NCBI GenBank assembly: GCA_032718475.1
Contig: JAUCBJ010008704.1
Coordinates: 1-60,268 of the forward strand
Length of the DNA stretch: 60,268 nt
From: Nemertoderma westbladi
Lineage: Eukaryota; Animalia; Xenacoelomorpha
Direction of reading: 5' to 3'
Under the pieces are notes generated by a model. The model was not told where the DNA came from, searched no databases, and worked only from the letters and a program-made list of their open reading frames with translations. This document shows, one piece after another, positions 25,295 through 37,294 of this stretch; the stretch's first letter is position 1; every line of letters starts with the position of its first letter. A program made the translations under genes and the position numbers.

Positions 25295-25627
25295 TTATGG
25301 TTCCGACTCCGCTGGGCAGGATATATAGTCGACATAGTCCGTATTGTGTAAATCGATAGGATGACCAGTAGTTAAGAAGACCACATACGTACCATTACGC
25401 TGCGTATATCGAGCAGCGAATTTTCTATAGTCCAACTCGCGCGCGAGCTGCTCTTGGGACATTGGCGGTTCGATATAACGACCATCGTCCTCCGCAGCAG
25501 TTGGACTAACGTCGCCGCGTATTAAGCTATCAACAAACGCTTGCAAAAGTAGAGTATATCGCTCCCCGATACCAAGAACATCTTCTATCAACTCCATCAT
25601 GTCTGCTATATATGAGTTTATCCACAT
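25295..25627 (-). CDS. Possible accessory ORF (110 aa) in the 3' internal region of the LTR element
   Basis: Sense-strand ORF with globular-looking composition; no recognisable motif. Confidence 0.3.
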   Translation of the reverse strand: MWINSYIADMMELIEDVLGIGERYTLLLQAFVDSLIRGDVSPTAAEDDGRYIEPPMSQEQLARELDYRKFAARYTQRNGTYVVFLTTGHPIDLHNTDYVDYISCPAESEP

Positions 25628-27258
25628 TATAAGGAGTTTATATTCAGGCTAGCGAGCGTCGCTGCCTACTCCAATTAACCCCCGGACAGTACGAGATCCT
25701 CAGCGCCGATGTGTCGTCGCCGCTGTACTTTCGCCAACGACGTAGCCGCACAACGACAACGACAACCGACACAAGTCACTCGACTGTCCGTCCCAAAGAC
25801 TTAGATGTACTTCAGGTTTTCCTTGGAGAGTTAGGTTACTTTTACGATTGCGACTAGCTACTGTAAACACACCTTAGTAGTAACATTCGCCTATAAACTC
25901 ACAAGTACCACACACACAACTGGTCACAAATTACACACACTCGGGTCACTTGTCCGTTAGTCAATGCCTTCCAGAATGTCACTGTATTATTATGTATCCT
26001 TGGATACTATCAGTGCACTATTTATTCCCTATGCTATTCAATGGGACAAGCTTTCTATTGTTCTTTTAACTCAATTCTAATTCTAGCGTGGTTGTTGCTA
26101 TGGTGACATTATGCAAAGCTAGCGGTAGAATTAGGGTGATTCCAATGCATACAGATCTGGGATGTTATTTAATAGTAATTCTTTAATAGTCAATGTTCTG
26201 TTTTATACATGACTTTATGAATTTTATCGGCTATTGACTATGTTTGGGAGACTTTCACACACTCATACGCATGATAAGATAAATCTCCGCTCCCTTGATC
26301 TATTAATTAATGGAATTTTGGGAACTTTATAAATTGCGTAAAAATGGCAATTTATTAAATTCATTAAAAGGCATGAATTTAAATTTATTCCCTGAAATTT
26401 GATTATTTGACAACTAAATGGACATATTTTGATTCTAGAACATGTCTGGGGACACAAGATCCTTAATTCTATGACAATTGTCCTTTTAAGAATATCGGTA
26501 AATGCTACGATATCTTAATTGACTAGAATTGTTGAAGGATCTGAATTTTACAGATTTTGACTTATTTGATTTGTAAATATTAAATAATTAATATTTGAGA
26601 TGAGCACCGATTTATTCCAGAACTTGTCTGGGGACGTTAACCACTGATTCTAGAATTTGTCTTTCAAGTATATCGGTGGGTGCCACGATATCTTAATCGA
26701 CTAGAATTACAGATGGTCAAAGGGTTTAACAGATTTATTTTGCGTTATACGCTACTGTTAAAGGGACATCACGCTACTATATGTATTATTTAATATACGG
26801 TATGAGAGCAATATCGCACGAAGCAATGTCAGTGTGAAGAGGCAAGTCGTTTCCAAGGTCTACCCAGAGCTTGGTTTAGCCGAGACACGAGGATCTGAAC
26901 TTTGCATTCCTAATACTCTGCCTACCAATAATACTTAAATATAGTAGTGGCTTTATTGTACTTTAATAAGTACGGACATTTCATCTTACTGTAGTTACGT
27001 ATTTGTAATGTAATACGGACAGTAAGGAAGAAGGAAAAGAATTATTTCTTGCCGTCGCATTAAATATAATATATACGTAATTAAGTAATATACGCGAATA
27101 TATATTGCACTAATCTACTAAATAATCGCTAAAATAACATTCTACTGAATAAAATTAAAGAAAACGATTATAATAGAATTACATAGTAATACATACATAA
27201 ATATAAAAATAATAAAATAATATAAAATAATAGAGTCACACACCCACTCCATATGTTG

Positions 27259-30200
27259 TTACGTTATGGAGTCCCTAGATGTTTGAAGGATTAGGGAGGT
27301 GGTCGTGGGAAGAGAATCTTGCCTTCCACAGTTTCCGGAGAGTCCTCCATTCCCTTCCGATAAACACAAACGACCGACTGGGTGATTGAGTCGCTGCATC
27401 CTGAATACAATTCCAGGTTTCCTCTTCGTCCTGGAATAGTGACGATAGAAACATCGCTCAAAGTATATGACGGCGTCACAAAGCCGATTCCAGGAGCTAT
27501 AGTGGTCCGTCGCTCTCTGCAGGAGAGGTGAGAGTCCCTGCGAGACGTCTGATGTTCCAGAGCTCCAATCGCTCTCTCTGATCTTCATGAAGGATCCACT
27601 CGCGGTGGGGAGGTTCAGATCCACGGCGTCGTCCCTGGCAACATGTAATACCGACAGATCTATCCCGGGTTCAAATAACTCCGATCCACCCGTCCGGGTT
27701 TCAGGTTCGACTTTCTCCGCTCCCTTGGCTGGTCTAATCTCAGTCGGAGTAAGATAGGGAGGCCATTCATTCTCCTTACTCAGGAAGTCGGGTTCACCTA
27801 ACCGGTCTATAGTATCTGTCAGTTCTTGAGGAGTTGCTCCTCTGGAAGCGATGTCCGTTGGATTAAACTTCTTGGGGCAATATCTCCATTGATCTACATT
27901 GGAGCTAAGATTGTCATTATCTGAGGAGTGTGGTGTTCCCTCAGTTGGGTCGTCTCCCTCACTAGTATCATCTTCCCATTGACTCACCTGGCAGACGCGA
28001 TCTTGAAGCAGTCTTTCCCTGAGCGTTCTACGGGAAGGTCCAGTAAGGTACCAACCTACTCTAGTTCTTACCGCATAGGTCTGTAGTGGCTGCGGTTGAG
28101 CAGGCCGTTTCTCTAATGTCTCCAGCGCCTCATGCGCGTTTTGGCCGATGAGTATTTGCACTCCAGGATAATCAGTCTGGAATCGAGGTATGTTAAGATG
28201 TTGGATGCTCTCATCCTCGTCCCAATTATAAAGGTCTGCTTGAGTAGTAGCGAAGTTCTTTATAGCCACCATTTTCACTGACCTGATGCTATGTTCTCCT
28301 AGTTCGTCCTGGGGGGTGGACAACTCACCTATATAATAGTCGGCAGCTACAGTAGAATTCCAAACCTGCATGATCCCTGACAGGTTTAGCTTGGTTCGGA
28401 ACTTGGGTTGTCCAGCAAAGATGACTTCGGCTAGTTCCCTATCGATGAATGTTCCTGTGCTACCGGAGTCCAGGAGGGCGTTCACTATATAGCTCTTCTG
28501 AGGTCCGTGGACCCGTAACTGGACTACAGGAAATTCTCGGATTCCTATATTGGAAGTTGGCGCTTTCCAAGATGGTTGTTGATCGGAAGTAGTTAAGGTA
28601 AGGTCGCTGTCTGTGTCTTTCTCATACACGAGTGCTCGATACACTGCGGTGGTGTTTATTAGGTAACAGGATTCGTTTTGGTCGGAGAACTCGTCCGTAT
28701 AGAATCCTTCCATCTCAGATTGATCAGTGTCGTTCACATCACTGAATTGGACATGTAGTTCGGACTCACTTACCTGACTCGGGCTGTTTCGTTCGAATTC
28801 CGTGTGCAACAAGATATGATGATTTGCGCCGCACTTTGCACACCTTGCGTCGGAGTTACAGGTTCGCCGTTGGTGTCCTCGTCTGAGGCAATTATAACAC
28901 AACCGCTTATCCCACATGACTTCACGTCTATCCTCGAGTGATTTCCTCAGGAATTTATCACACGCATTTAAACGGTGGGGCCCGTCGCACAGCACACATT
29001 TCGGCTTGATGTTACTTACTTTAACCTGTGCTATGTGGTGCACACTTGTTCTTTCCTCGGACTTTCTCACCTGAATTCTTTTAGGAGACGTAGGAAGGGT
29101 TTTTTGTACCGGTTCCCTTCTGTCATTGGGTCGAGACTCGGATTTACTTACCTGATCTTTAGGCATTTTATTGACATAAGATCTGTCAGTGTCTTTCCCG
29201 CTGTCCTCTCCTTGAGAGGTTTGGCTTTCACCGTCGTCGGTATAACATACTGGTGTTACCCTTCTCCTAGAAACGGGTTTCTCACTTACCTTGTTTTCCA
29301 ATGTCTTCTCTCTGGACTGCCTTAGGAGCTGTAATTTCACTTCTCTATCTAAGAATGACATGAGATCAGTCATGGTAGGGTCTCGTCGTTGTTGTTCCAT
29401 CATATATAACACCTTCTTATCCCAGCGTGTACCTACTCTACTCCACCCTTGGGCAAAGCAGATGCTAAGGCTCTTACAACCATAGAATTCTGGTATTCAT
29501 GAGACTTACCTAGCCAATCTAATTGTCTACAGATCTCCTGAATCTCATCGGAAAACTCTATAATCCCGCTGCTAAGAAACTTTCGGGGCGCCATTAATTT
29601 TGCATACAAATACCCAGCTATGTCATTCCTATTACCATACCTGATGTTTAGTGTATCCCAAACTTGTCTTAATCCATCTGGATGTCCAATAAATTTTAAC
29701 GCCATTGACTTGGGAGGTCCTTCCAAACATTCGATGAGGAATCTAAGTTTCTCTCCGTTAGATAGTACAGAGTTCTGTATGTTATCTTTGTAATATTCAT
29801 TAAAAGGTAACCATTTCATCTCATCTCCATTGAACTTGACGATCTCTCCAACCTTTACCGCTTGCCGGGCTTCGGTTCTAGCCATTTGACGCGTAAAACT
29901 TTCTTGGGCCATCGTGCTATTTAATATCGAGTTATCGGTATATAAATTTCTCGGATTATGATCAGTTCTATAGGGAATATCATTATCAACAGGTCTATAA
30001 TTACCCTTAATAGGGTTCACTATAGGAGTTTCTACTTCGCTAGCAGTATATATGCGTGTAGGCTCCACACCTTGCGCATGCAATACTTCAGACCTAACAG
30101 GTTGACACATTGTTACAGAGGGTGGTGGTATACCATTTTGGGTGTTTACTAATTTATCGCGTTCAAGCGCGATACTTTGCTGCACTTCTTGCAACTCTAA

Positions 30201-30314
30201 CCTACTTTCCCTTACTGTGCCCTTGAATTGTTGGACAGTCTCCTGCATCTGCCCGAGCAGGATATCCATTGTATCTAGTAGACTGTCTGACAGGTTCTGC
30301 TTAGTATCAGACAT
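27259..30314 (-). pseudogene. BEL/Pao Gag-protease ORF, split by a 5-bp duplication; no RT or integrase
   Basis: DUF1759-like KFNGD..KW..F...LSNGEKLRFL..CLEGP; three Cys/His knuckles (CxxCxxxHxxxxC, CxxCxxxxHxxxxC, CxxCxxxHHxLLH); protease LLDSGS; RTRVGW.LTGP followed closely by QWRYCP...NPTDIASRG. TACTC is duplicated at 29434-29443. Confidence 0.9.
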
Positions 30315-31770
30315 GACTAGGTATGTACAGTTGAATGCCTACTGCTATATTACAGTCTAAGCAAGTCTAGTAACTCAGTATGAACTGCTAGCCTAGTAAT
30401 TAATTACCGTTACTGCTACTCAGTGTAGCGTGATATATATATAATATATTAGAATACCGGTATACTTATAGTATATATAACTATATAAGTATTATTACAG
30501 ACTAGGTTTATCACAGAATACCGGTATAATATTAGCACAAATATATATAAATATATAATAGGCCTATCGGAATACCGGTATACAGCTTACAGTTTGTAGG
30601 ATATATAATTCTGAAATAGAATTAATTACAAGTACCGGTATAATTTGGGGACGTCTATTTACACCAAAAACACACAAAAACACACAAAAACACACAAAAA
30701 CACACAAAAACACACAAAAACGCACAAAAACACACAAAAACATACGGCACATAAATGAAATGCCTGCAAACCTGAATCTGAACGATAATTAATTACAGAA
30801 TTATCATTGTGGTTTGGGTTGTTGTCTGTTTGTATGCCTGTTTGTATGCATGTTTGTCTGTATGGTGTGGATGTACTTAATTGTAATCCAAAACGCAAAT
30901 AATTATTGCTGAAATAGGCATAGTCCAGTAGTCTACGCTCGCTACAGGTACCTTCAGTATAAATTAGATCATTGATGCCCTCGATCCTCTGTGGAATTCC
31001 CATAGAACATCACATTGTCTAGTTGGATGCATTGCGCTTATTCCATCGAAACATTACTAATGATTGTGATCAGGTTATGGTTGATATAAGTTGATGATGC
31101 CTTTGATAAATTGCGCAAACTGCGATTATTACAGTGGACAGTGGTTGCGTTTCCCCAACATCTCTTTCCAAGCTTGGTGAGAATAACTCTTCCGGGAAGA
31201 AAAATATACTCGATTTATGACTACCATCATCCTGTCATCTGATACATCATATGTTGACGTCACAGTGAATTCTCCCTGAATCTGAAACTACAGTACTAGC
31301 TCGATTCATTCATACTTTATCATTATACACACTGTGTCTGTATTTCATATTCCCTATCCTATGCGTAATATTATTATGGTGTCCGGATATTGCAAATAAT
31401 AATAATTGTGTAAAGAAATATTATACTGCATTTTTTTGTAAGAGTTGGGTCCAAAGGTGCCAAATTATGGTTGAATTGAATGGCCGTTATAAAACTAATT
31501 ATTTGTTACATGCAGACATGGGAAAGCAAGACCAGTTATAAACCTCACTGCTTATATGTTCTAAGTTTTTTTTCCATATGTAATAGGTCTACGTAATTTT
31601 ATTCTTAAATTGGTACTTCATTGTTGCTTAATTCTTTAATAAAAGATAGAGCGATTGCGATATTGTGTTACAAAATAAATTGAACTGTTTTTCACATAAA
31701 TATACTGTACAAGAGTAATAAACACTAATAGTGCTACTTTTCATACAATAATGTAAATAGTTATTATAAT

Positions 31771-32947
31771 TTGTGTGTTTTATATGTTTTTGTTTGTTTT
31801 TGTGTGTTTTTGTTTGTTTTTGTGTGTTTTGTTTCTTTCTACATGTTTTGTTTGTTTTTGTTTGTTTTGTTTGTTTTTATTTGTTTTTGTGTGTTTTTGT
31901 TTGTTTTTGTGTGTCTTTGTTTGTTTTTGTGTGTTTTTGTTTGTTTTTGTGTGTCTTTGTTTGTTTTTGTGTGTCTTTGTTTGTTTTTGTGTGTTTTTGT
32001 GTGTTTTTGTTTGTTTTGTGTGTTTTTGTGTGAATTGTATGTTTTTGTGTGTTTTTGTGTGAATTGTATGTTTTTGTGTGTTTTTGTTTGTTTTTGTGTG
32101 TTTTGTTTCTTTCTACATGTTTTGTTTGTTTTTGTTTGTTTTGTTTGTTTTTATTTGTTTTTGTGTGTTTTTGTTTGTTTTTGTGTGTCTTTGTTTGTTT
32201 TTGTGTGTTTTTGTTTGTTTTGTGTGTTTTTGTGTGAATTGTATGTTTTTGTGTGTTTTTGTGTGAATTGTTTGTTTTTGTGTGTTTTTGTTTGTTTTTG
32301 TGTGTTTTGTTTCTTTCTACATGTTTTGTTTGTTTTTGTTTGTTTTGTTTGTTTTTATTTGTTTTTGTGTGTTTTTGTTTGTTTTTGTGTGTCTTTGTTT
32401 GTTTTTGTGTGTTTTTGTTTGTTTTTGTGTGTCTTTGTTTGTTTTTGTGTGTCTTTGTTTGTTTTTGTGTGTTTTTGTGTGTTTTTGTTTGTTTTGTGTG
32501 TTTTTGTGTGAATTGTATGTTTTTGTGTGTTTTTGTGTGAATTGTATGTTTTTGTGTGTTTCTGTTTGTTTTTGTGTGTTTTTGTTTGTTTTAGTGTGTT
32601 TTGTTTCTTTATGTGTCTTTTGTTTGTTTTTGTGTGTTTTGTTTGCTTTTGTTTGTTTGTGTGTGTTTTTGTTTGTTTTTGTTTATTTGTGTTTGTTTTT
32701 GTGTTTTTGTTTGCTTTTGTTTGTTTGTGTGTGTTTTTGTTTATTTGTTTTTGTGTGTTTTTGTTTGTTTTTGTGTGTTTTTGTGTGTTTTCGTTTCTTT
32801 TTGTGTGTTTTGTATGTTTTTATTTGTTTTTGTGTGTTTTATTTGTTTTTGTGTGTTTTTGTTTGTTTTTGTGTGTTTTATTTGTTTTTGTTTGTTTTTG
32901 TGTGTTCTTGTGTGTTTTGTTTGTTTTTCTGTGTTTTGTATTGACCC
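31771..32947. repeat. TG/T-rich microsatellite array (TGTTT/TGTGT)
   Basis: Same decamer type as in the MULE TIRs. Confidence 0.9.
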
Positions 32948-33003
32948 ACTTCCCATTGATTTATCGACCTACTTTATCGGCCAATTTTACGAATATAATA
33001 CTT

Positions 33004-33205
33004 ATATTATTTATATTATATTTATATTATATTTATATTATATTTATATTATATTTATATTATATTTATATTATATTTATATTATATTTATATTATATTT
33101 ATATTATATTTATATTATATTTATATTATATTTATATTATATTTATATTATATTTATATTATATTTATATTATATTTATATTATATTATATTTATATTAT
33201 ATTAT
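33004..33205. repeat. (TATATTATATT)n AT-only microsatellite
   Basis: 11-bp unit directly visible. Confidence 0.9.
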
Positions 33206-33404
33206 ACTATATAGAACTATCGCCTACCATGACCTATTATAAATACAACAGTAAGCTGCAGCAGCCCACTAAATTAGTGGGACGTTTGTACTTATAAACC
33301 GGTGGTCATTAGACCTACTCTTGGCCGCTGGCACTAAATTTGCTTAGTATTCTATAGAGATTCCAATAGAGATATTCTACGTATATTCTACTGTATAGAG
33401 ATCT

Positions 33405-33860
33405 AGGACCATCAGGACTCTGCCGCAACGACGGGGAGCGTGTAGACGGAGAGACACTTACTTGTGCCTTGGTCCCAGGGTTGACAGTGGTGTTTTACCC
33501 CCTTGCCCCTAGTCACTGCCAACAGACCCTAATTGCAGGGGGTCGTGCTGCAGGAGGAGCCGAGTAGGGGAAGAACATGACGTATGTAGAGGTGGTGGAT
33601 CAGGGGCATATATTCCACCCTTTTGCGTTCAAGACGCAAGACCCTCGGCCGCCCCGGTCCGGAGACATCCTCCAGGAGATCGGGTCCCATCTCCATACCG
33701 TGACGCATGAGCCACGCTCCCACAGGTCCCTACTTCAGCGCATCGTCGTGGCCATTCTGGTGGGCAATGCGGCGTCTGTCCTGGCGACTGCTTGCCCATC
33801 CCCGGGTTGACTCTTTGGGGATTAGTCTCTTGTATTTATATCTTCTATGTTGACAAAGTT
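33405..33860 (+). mobile_element. 3' fragment of an RLE-type (CRE-like) non-LTR retrotransposon
   Basis: GLCRNDGERVDG.T...PW..G and F.PFA.KT....LQEIG..L..VT.EPRS...LLQRI.VAI..GNAASVL match the C-terminal restriction-like endonuclease region; frameshifted. Confidence 0.75.
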
Positions 33861-34978
33861 TGTGACAAATGTATGTTTTATAAACTCATGTATAAATTTA
33901 TGACAATATTGTATTTTTTAATATACAGTATGAAAATATTAATATGTAAATATAAATACGATAATTACTCTTATCCATTGTTTGCCTTGTTGCGTTCGTC
34001 CTGTTTAGTCTTAAAGTATTATATTTGTAATATGTTAGCCACCGACGAGAATCGAAATTAATAATAATTAAAAATAGTGTATATTGCTCGACATACTCTA
34101 CATATACTGTATAAAGGGTACAGGCATTGATTCTAATTTGCGTCCAGTTCCCCCCCCCCCCCCCCCCCCCTGCCACGATCCAACAGGGACACCGACACAG
34201 GTTAGGAGACCAACCGTATTATCTACGAAGCTCTTTAGTGCACGTCGCAATCCACTGACAGCCTAGATTAAAGTCTTTATATCCCGGTGGGAAATAGAGT
34301 GTCGAATAGAATTACATTTGATTTACTTGCTACGACCGGATGATCAATGGACCTCGGAATACGAGCTAAGAGTATGGATTGTCGGTGTCGCTCTCCTCAA
34401 CGATTACCAATATGGGACGCAAATTGTCAATTAGGGTGTCGTTTCAGCCTTCTCGTTGTGTCAATGTTAAATTAATATTGAACAATTAGTGTCTAGAAGT
34501 ATAAATTTTACTGTAAACTGTGTTCCTAAATTTAGTTTATTGTTTTGGTTAGAAAAGCCTGCCATTATAAACTGCTACTTTCCTTTAAAAGGTACCTAAA
34601 TAGTGAAAATCGAAATTAAATATTTTCTAAATTAAGTTAATATGTTAAAATAGGCTGAAACGACACCCCAATTGGTAATATGCATACGGGCGGGACATAT
34701 GTACTAATAATTTTACACGAAATAGTTAGAGAAAATTAATTTGAAATTCACAATTTATTTCAAGAATAAAATATAAATTGCACAACATCAGCGACAAATA
34801 AATTCTGGATAACTTGAACAAAGTTATTTATACAGGAGTCAATGCCAAATAAGTATCGTTTTCTCTTACAGTATGAAAGTTTAAATTTTCTAGTTAAAAT
34901 TTAAAGTCTGAAGTTTAAGTTCTAACTCTGTTTTAGTAATTAATATTTATATAATTCAAGGTGTTTAAAGGTAGTAGT

Positions 34979-37294
34979 TTATTTTCGCGATGGTTTTTTT
35001 AACTTTCTTTGTTTTGGTTTTTTTGCAGATTTTCTGCAAATGGGCGACTTTATAAGGACGGTCTTTTCTTTTCCAGGCACACGAACTCTCGCCTCAGAAT
35101 GAAAAAATGTTCTGAGTTTTTTCTTTAAAAACTGTGCGTAAATATTATTCCTTTCGTTTTCAGGGGTCTTCGACCACTGCATTTGAGTGTACTCAAATTT
35201 CGCCTTCATGCGGTCATCAATACGGTAATTACCAGTTCCATATATTGCACGACGAATGTTCTTCATTCTCATCTTTACTTCGCTGTTAATTGATTCCACT
35301 AAATTGGGGATTGACAGAACTTTCCAGTCAGAAGTTGTTTTCAGTACATTATTTATTGATTCGGCATTATTATTTGTCCATTCCTTTATATCTTTAGATA
35401 TTCTTGGTTTTACAACATGATTCAGTAGTAGAGTTTCCAGCCTTCCTACGAAATAGTTATAGAATGTCAAGTGTTTTTTCATAAACTGACAATCCTTAAA
35501 TTGTAACACTCTTTCTTCGAATTCAAAGGACGAATTCACATTACACAAACCGTCTTCTCCAAAAATCGATCTGGTGATAGTTTTTCGATCTTCTTTCTTT
35601 GCTCCAACCTTATCAAGAAGATAACGTTCCACATTCTTCTTCAGATGGTTTGCACACAAAAGACGCGTGGATCCCACAAAAGTTGAATCTATGGCTTTCA
35701 CTAAAGCTTTTTCATCATCGGATCCAATTAATAAATCATCTGGAACTTTAAGAAAAGCACCGCCAATTTCTCCGATCAGGGCTTTCATTCGCGAAAAAAA
35801 GTAATGATAAGTTTCGAATAAAGCATTATAATGAATCAAGATGGGACCGATCATTAGTGGATGTTCATTTGTTTCCCGCTGTCTTAGTTTCATGTTTTTA
35901 TATGTTATTATAGTTGCATAGTGACTACTAAGGTTAAAAGTTCTGTCAACACATATTGGGAAACCAGAAGCTGCGTATGATTGTAAGTCAATAATCTGTT
36001 CTTCTAAATATAGTAGTAGCATTGGCGGCTGACCCTTTTGCATCGTTATCTGTTGTACCATTGGGTGATCATGTACCATATTCATCAGCTCACATAATTC
36101 TTCAGCTGAATTAAAATTAGATGGCACTGTTTTAATGCGATTCTTGAGGTTACGAATTTGTTTCAAACTCAAGTTTGTTACACTATCAGCTTCTGATTCG
36201 GCGTCTTCGAATTCAGTGTAAATCTTTTTAGGGGGTTTATGAGGATTTTCCAATACAGTTCTTTTTAAACCACTCATGACTTCTGGTTTTAACCGCACAT
36301 ATTCGTCATTTTGAAGATTATTCCCATGTACTCCTTTCTCCATTGGGTAAATTCCCAAATATTCATTGAGAGCTACTTTACCTGGCAGATGGTAAGAATG
36401 AATCGCTGCGGTTTCTGATAATATAATTGTAATGCGGCGGCGGAAAGAATTGTCTCTTTTTAACTTTGAATATGTTCTATATATCGAAATTACGTTTTGT
36501 GGCTGTTCGTGGTCTTTGAAGGGCGCCCAAACAATCCGTTTATTCTCTCTCTTGGGGAATGTATACTTCCCTTCAATTTCTTTAACAAGAGATGCACGGC
36601 CATTTACTATAGAGTGGAGTGATTTGGCCTGTTTCGACTTATATGAATCCCATGGTCCGAAATGATCGTAGAAAACATTTTTCCCAGCAATCGATTTGTG
36701 ATGTTGAACTACAAAGTAGTTATCAGAACAATCTCTGTGTGGAACCTTCGGCAAGTATTTTGATTTGTGGAGCAGATCAATACACGTATCAATTGCAAGG
36801 AATTTACCACAAAGTGTGCCCTGACCATAAAGTAGAGGAAAATCCGGATGCACGGATATGGGCACACTAAACTCTGAATCGTTTTCACTCGCAGAAAATG
36901 GATTCATACAGGAATCTGATTCTTTTTCTAGTAAATCATTTTTTGCACGATATTGCGTTGGTAAAATTTCGGATCCGGATTCACTAGTTAATGGAATAGC
37001 TTCACCGCTGCTATCGCTTCCAAAAACCCCAGAAAACAATTCTCCAGAAGAAGAAGCCAATGGTATTATAGGTGTACTTGTTCTAAATGGGATTGGAATC
37101 TCCTCAGTGCAACTGGAATCATTATCATTGTCTTCAACTTCCCTCTTACTTAGCACTACAAAATGGTTAGTTAAACCAGTTTTTAGTAACTCACGTTCAC
37201 TTGTGTGACTCCACATCACAAAAATGGGTGGGGGAACTATGTTTCTCACTCCACGGCCTCTTATTACACGTTTGTAACTGTGGGACACGGACAT
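34979..37294 (-). CDS. MULE/Mutator-like DDE transposase, 771 aa
   Basis: VDRTFN (D), GSDDEKAL (D), LLCANH (CxxH), WTNNNAES (E); intact ORF between the TIRs. Confidence 0.9.
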   Translation of the reverse strand: MSVSHSYKRVIRGRGVRNIVPPPIFVMWSHTSERELLKTGLTNHFVVLSKREVEDNDNDSSCTEEIPIPFRTSTPIIPLASSSGELFSGVFGSDSSGEAIPLTSESGSEILPTQYRAKNDLLEKESDSCMNPFSASENDSEFSVPISVHPDFPLLYGQGTLCGKFLAIDTCIDLLHKSKYLPKVPHRDCSDNYFVVQHHKSIAGKNVFYDHFGPWDSYKSKQAKSLHSIVNGRASLVKEIEGKYTFPKRENKRIVWAPFKDHEQPQNVISIYRTYSKLKRDNSFRRRITIILSETAAIHSYHLPGKVALNEYLGIYPMEKGVHGNNLQNDEYVRLKPEVMSGLKRTVLENPHKPPKKIYTEFEDAESEADSVTNLSLKQIRNLKNRIKTVPSNFNSAEELCELMNMVHDHPMVQQITMQKGQPPMLLLYLEEQIIDLQSYAASGFPICVDRTFNLSSHYATIITYKNMKLRQRETNEHPLMIGPILIHYNALFETYHYFFSRMKALIGEIGGAFLKVPDDLLIGSDDEKALVKAIDSTFVGSTRLLCANHLKKNVERYLLDKVGAKKEDRKTITRSIFGEDGLCNVNSSFEFEERVLQFKDCQFMKKHLTFYNYFVGRLETLLLNHVVKPRISKDIKEWTNNNAESINNVLKTTSDWKVLSIPNLVESINSEVKMRMKNIRRAIYGTGNYRIDDRMKAKFEYTQMQWSKTPENERNNIYAQFLKKKLRTFFHSEARVRVPGKEKTVLIKSPICRKSAKKPKQRKLKKPSRK

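Noticed and set aside
29434-29443. Programmed frameshift in gag
   Set aside because: Copy 2 is continuous at this site; copy 1 simply has a 5-bp tandem duplication.
30659-31003. ORF pair MGIPQRIEG... (also 37460-37828)
   Set aside because: Mirror images within the MULE TIRs, running into the TIR microsatellite.
31771-33297. F/V/C/L-rich ORFs
   Set aside because: Translations of microsatellite DNA.
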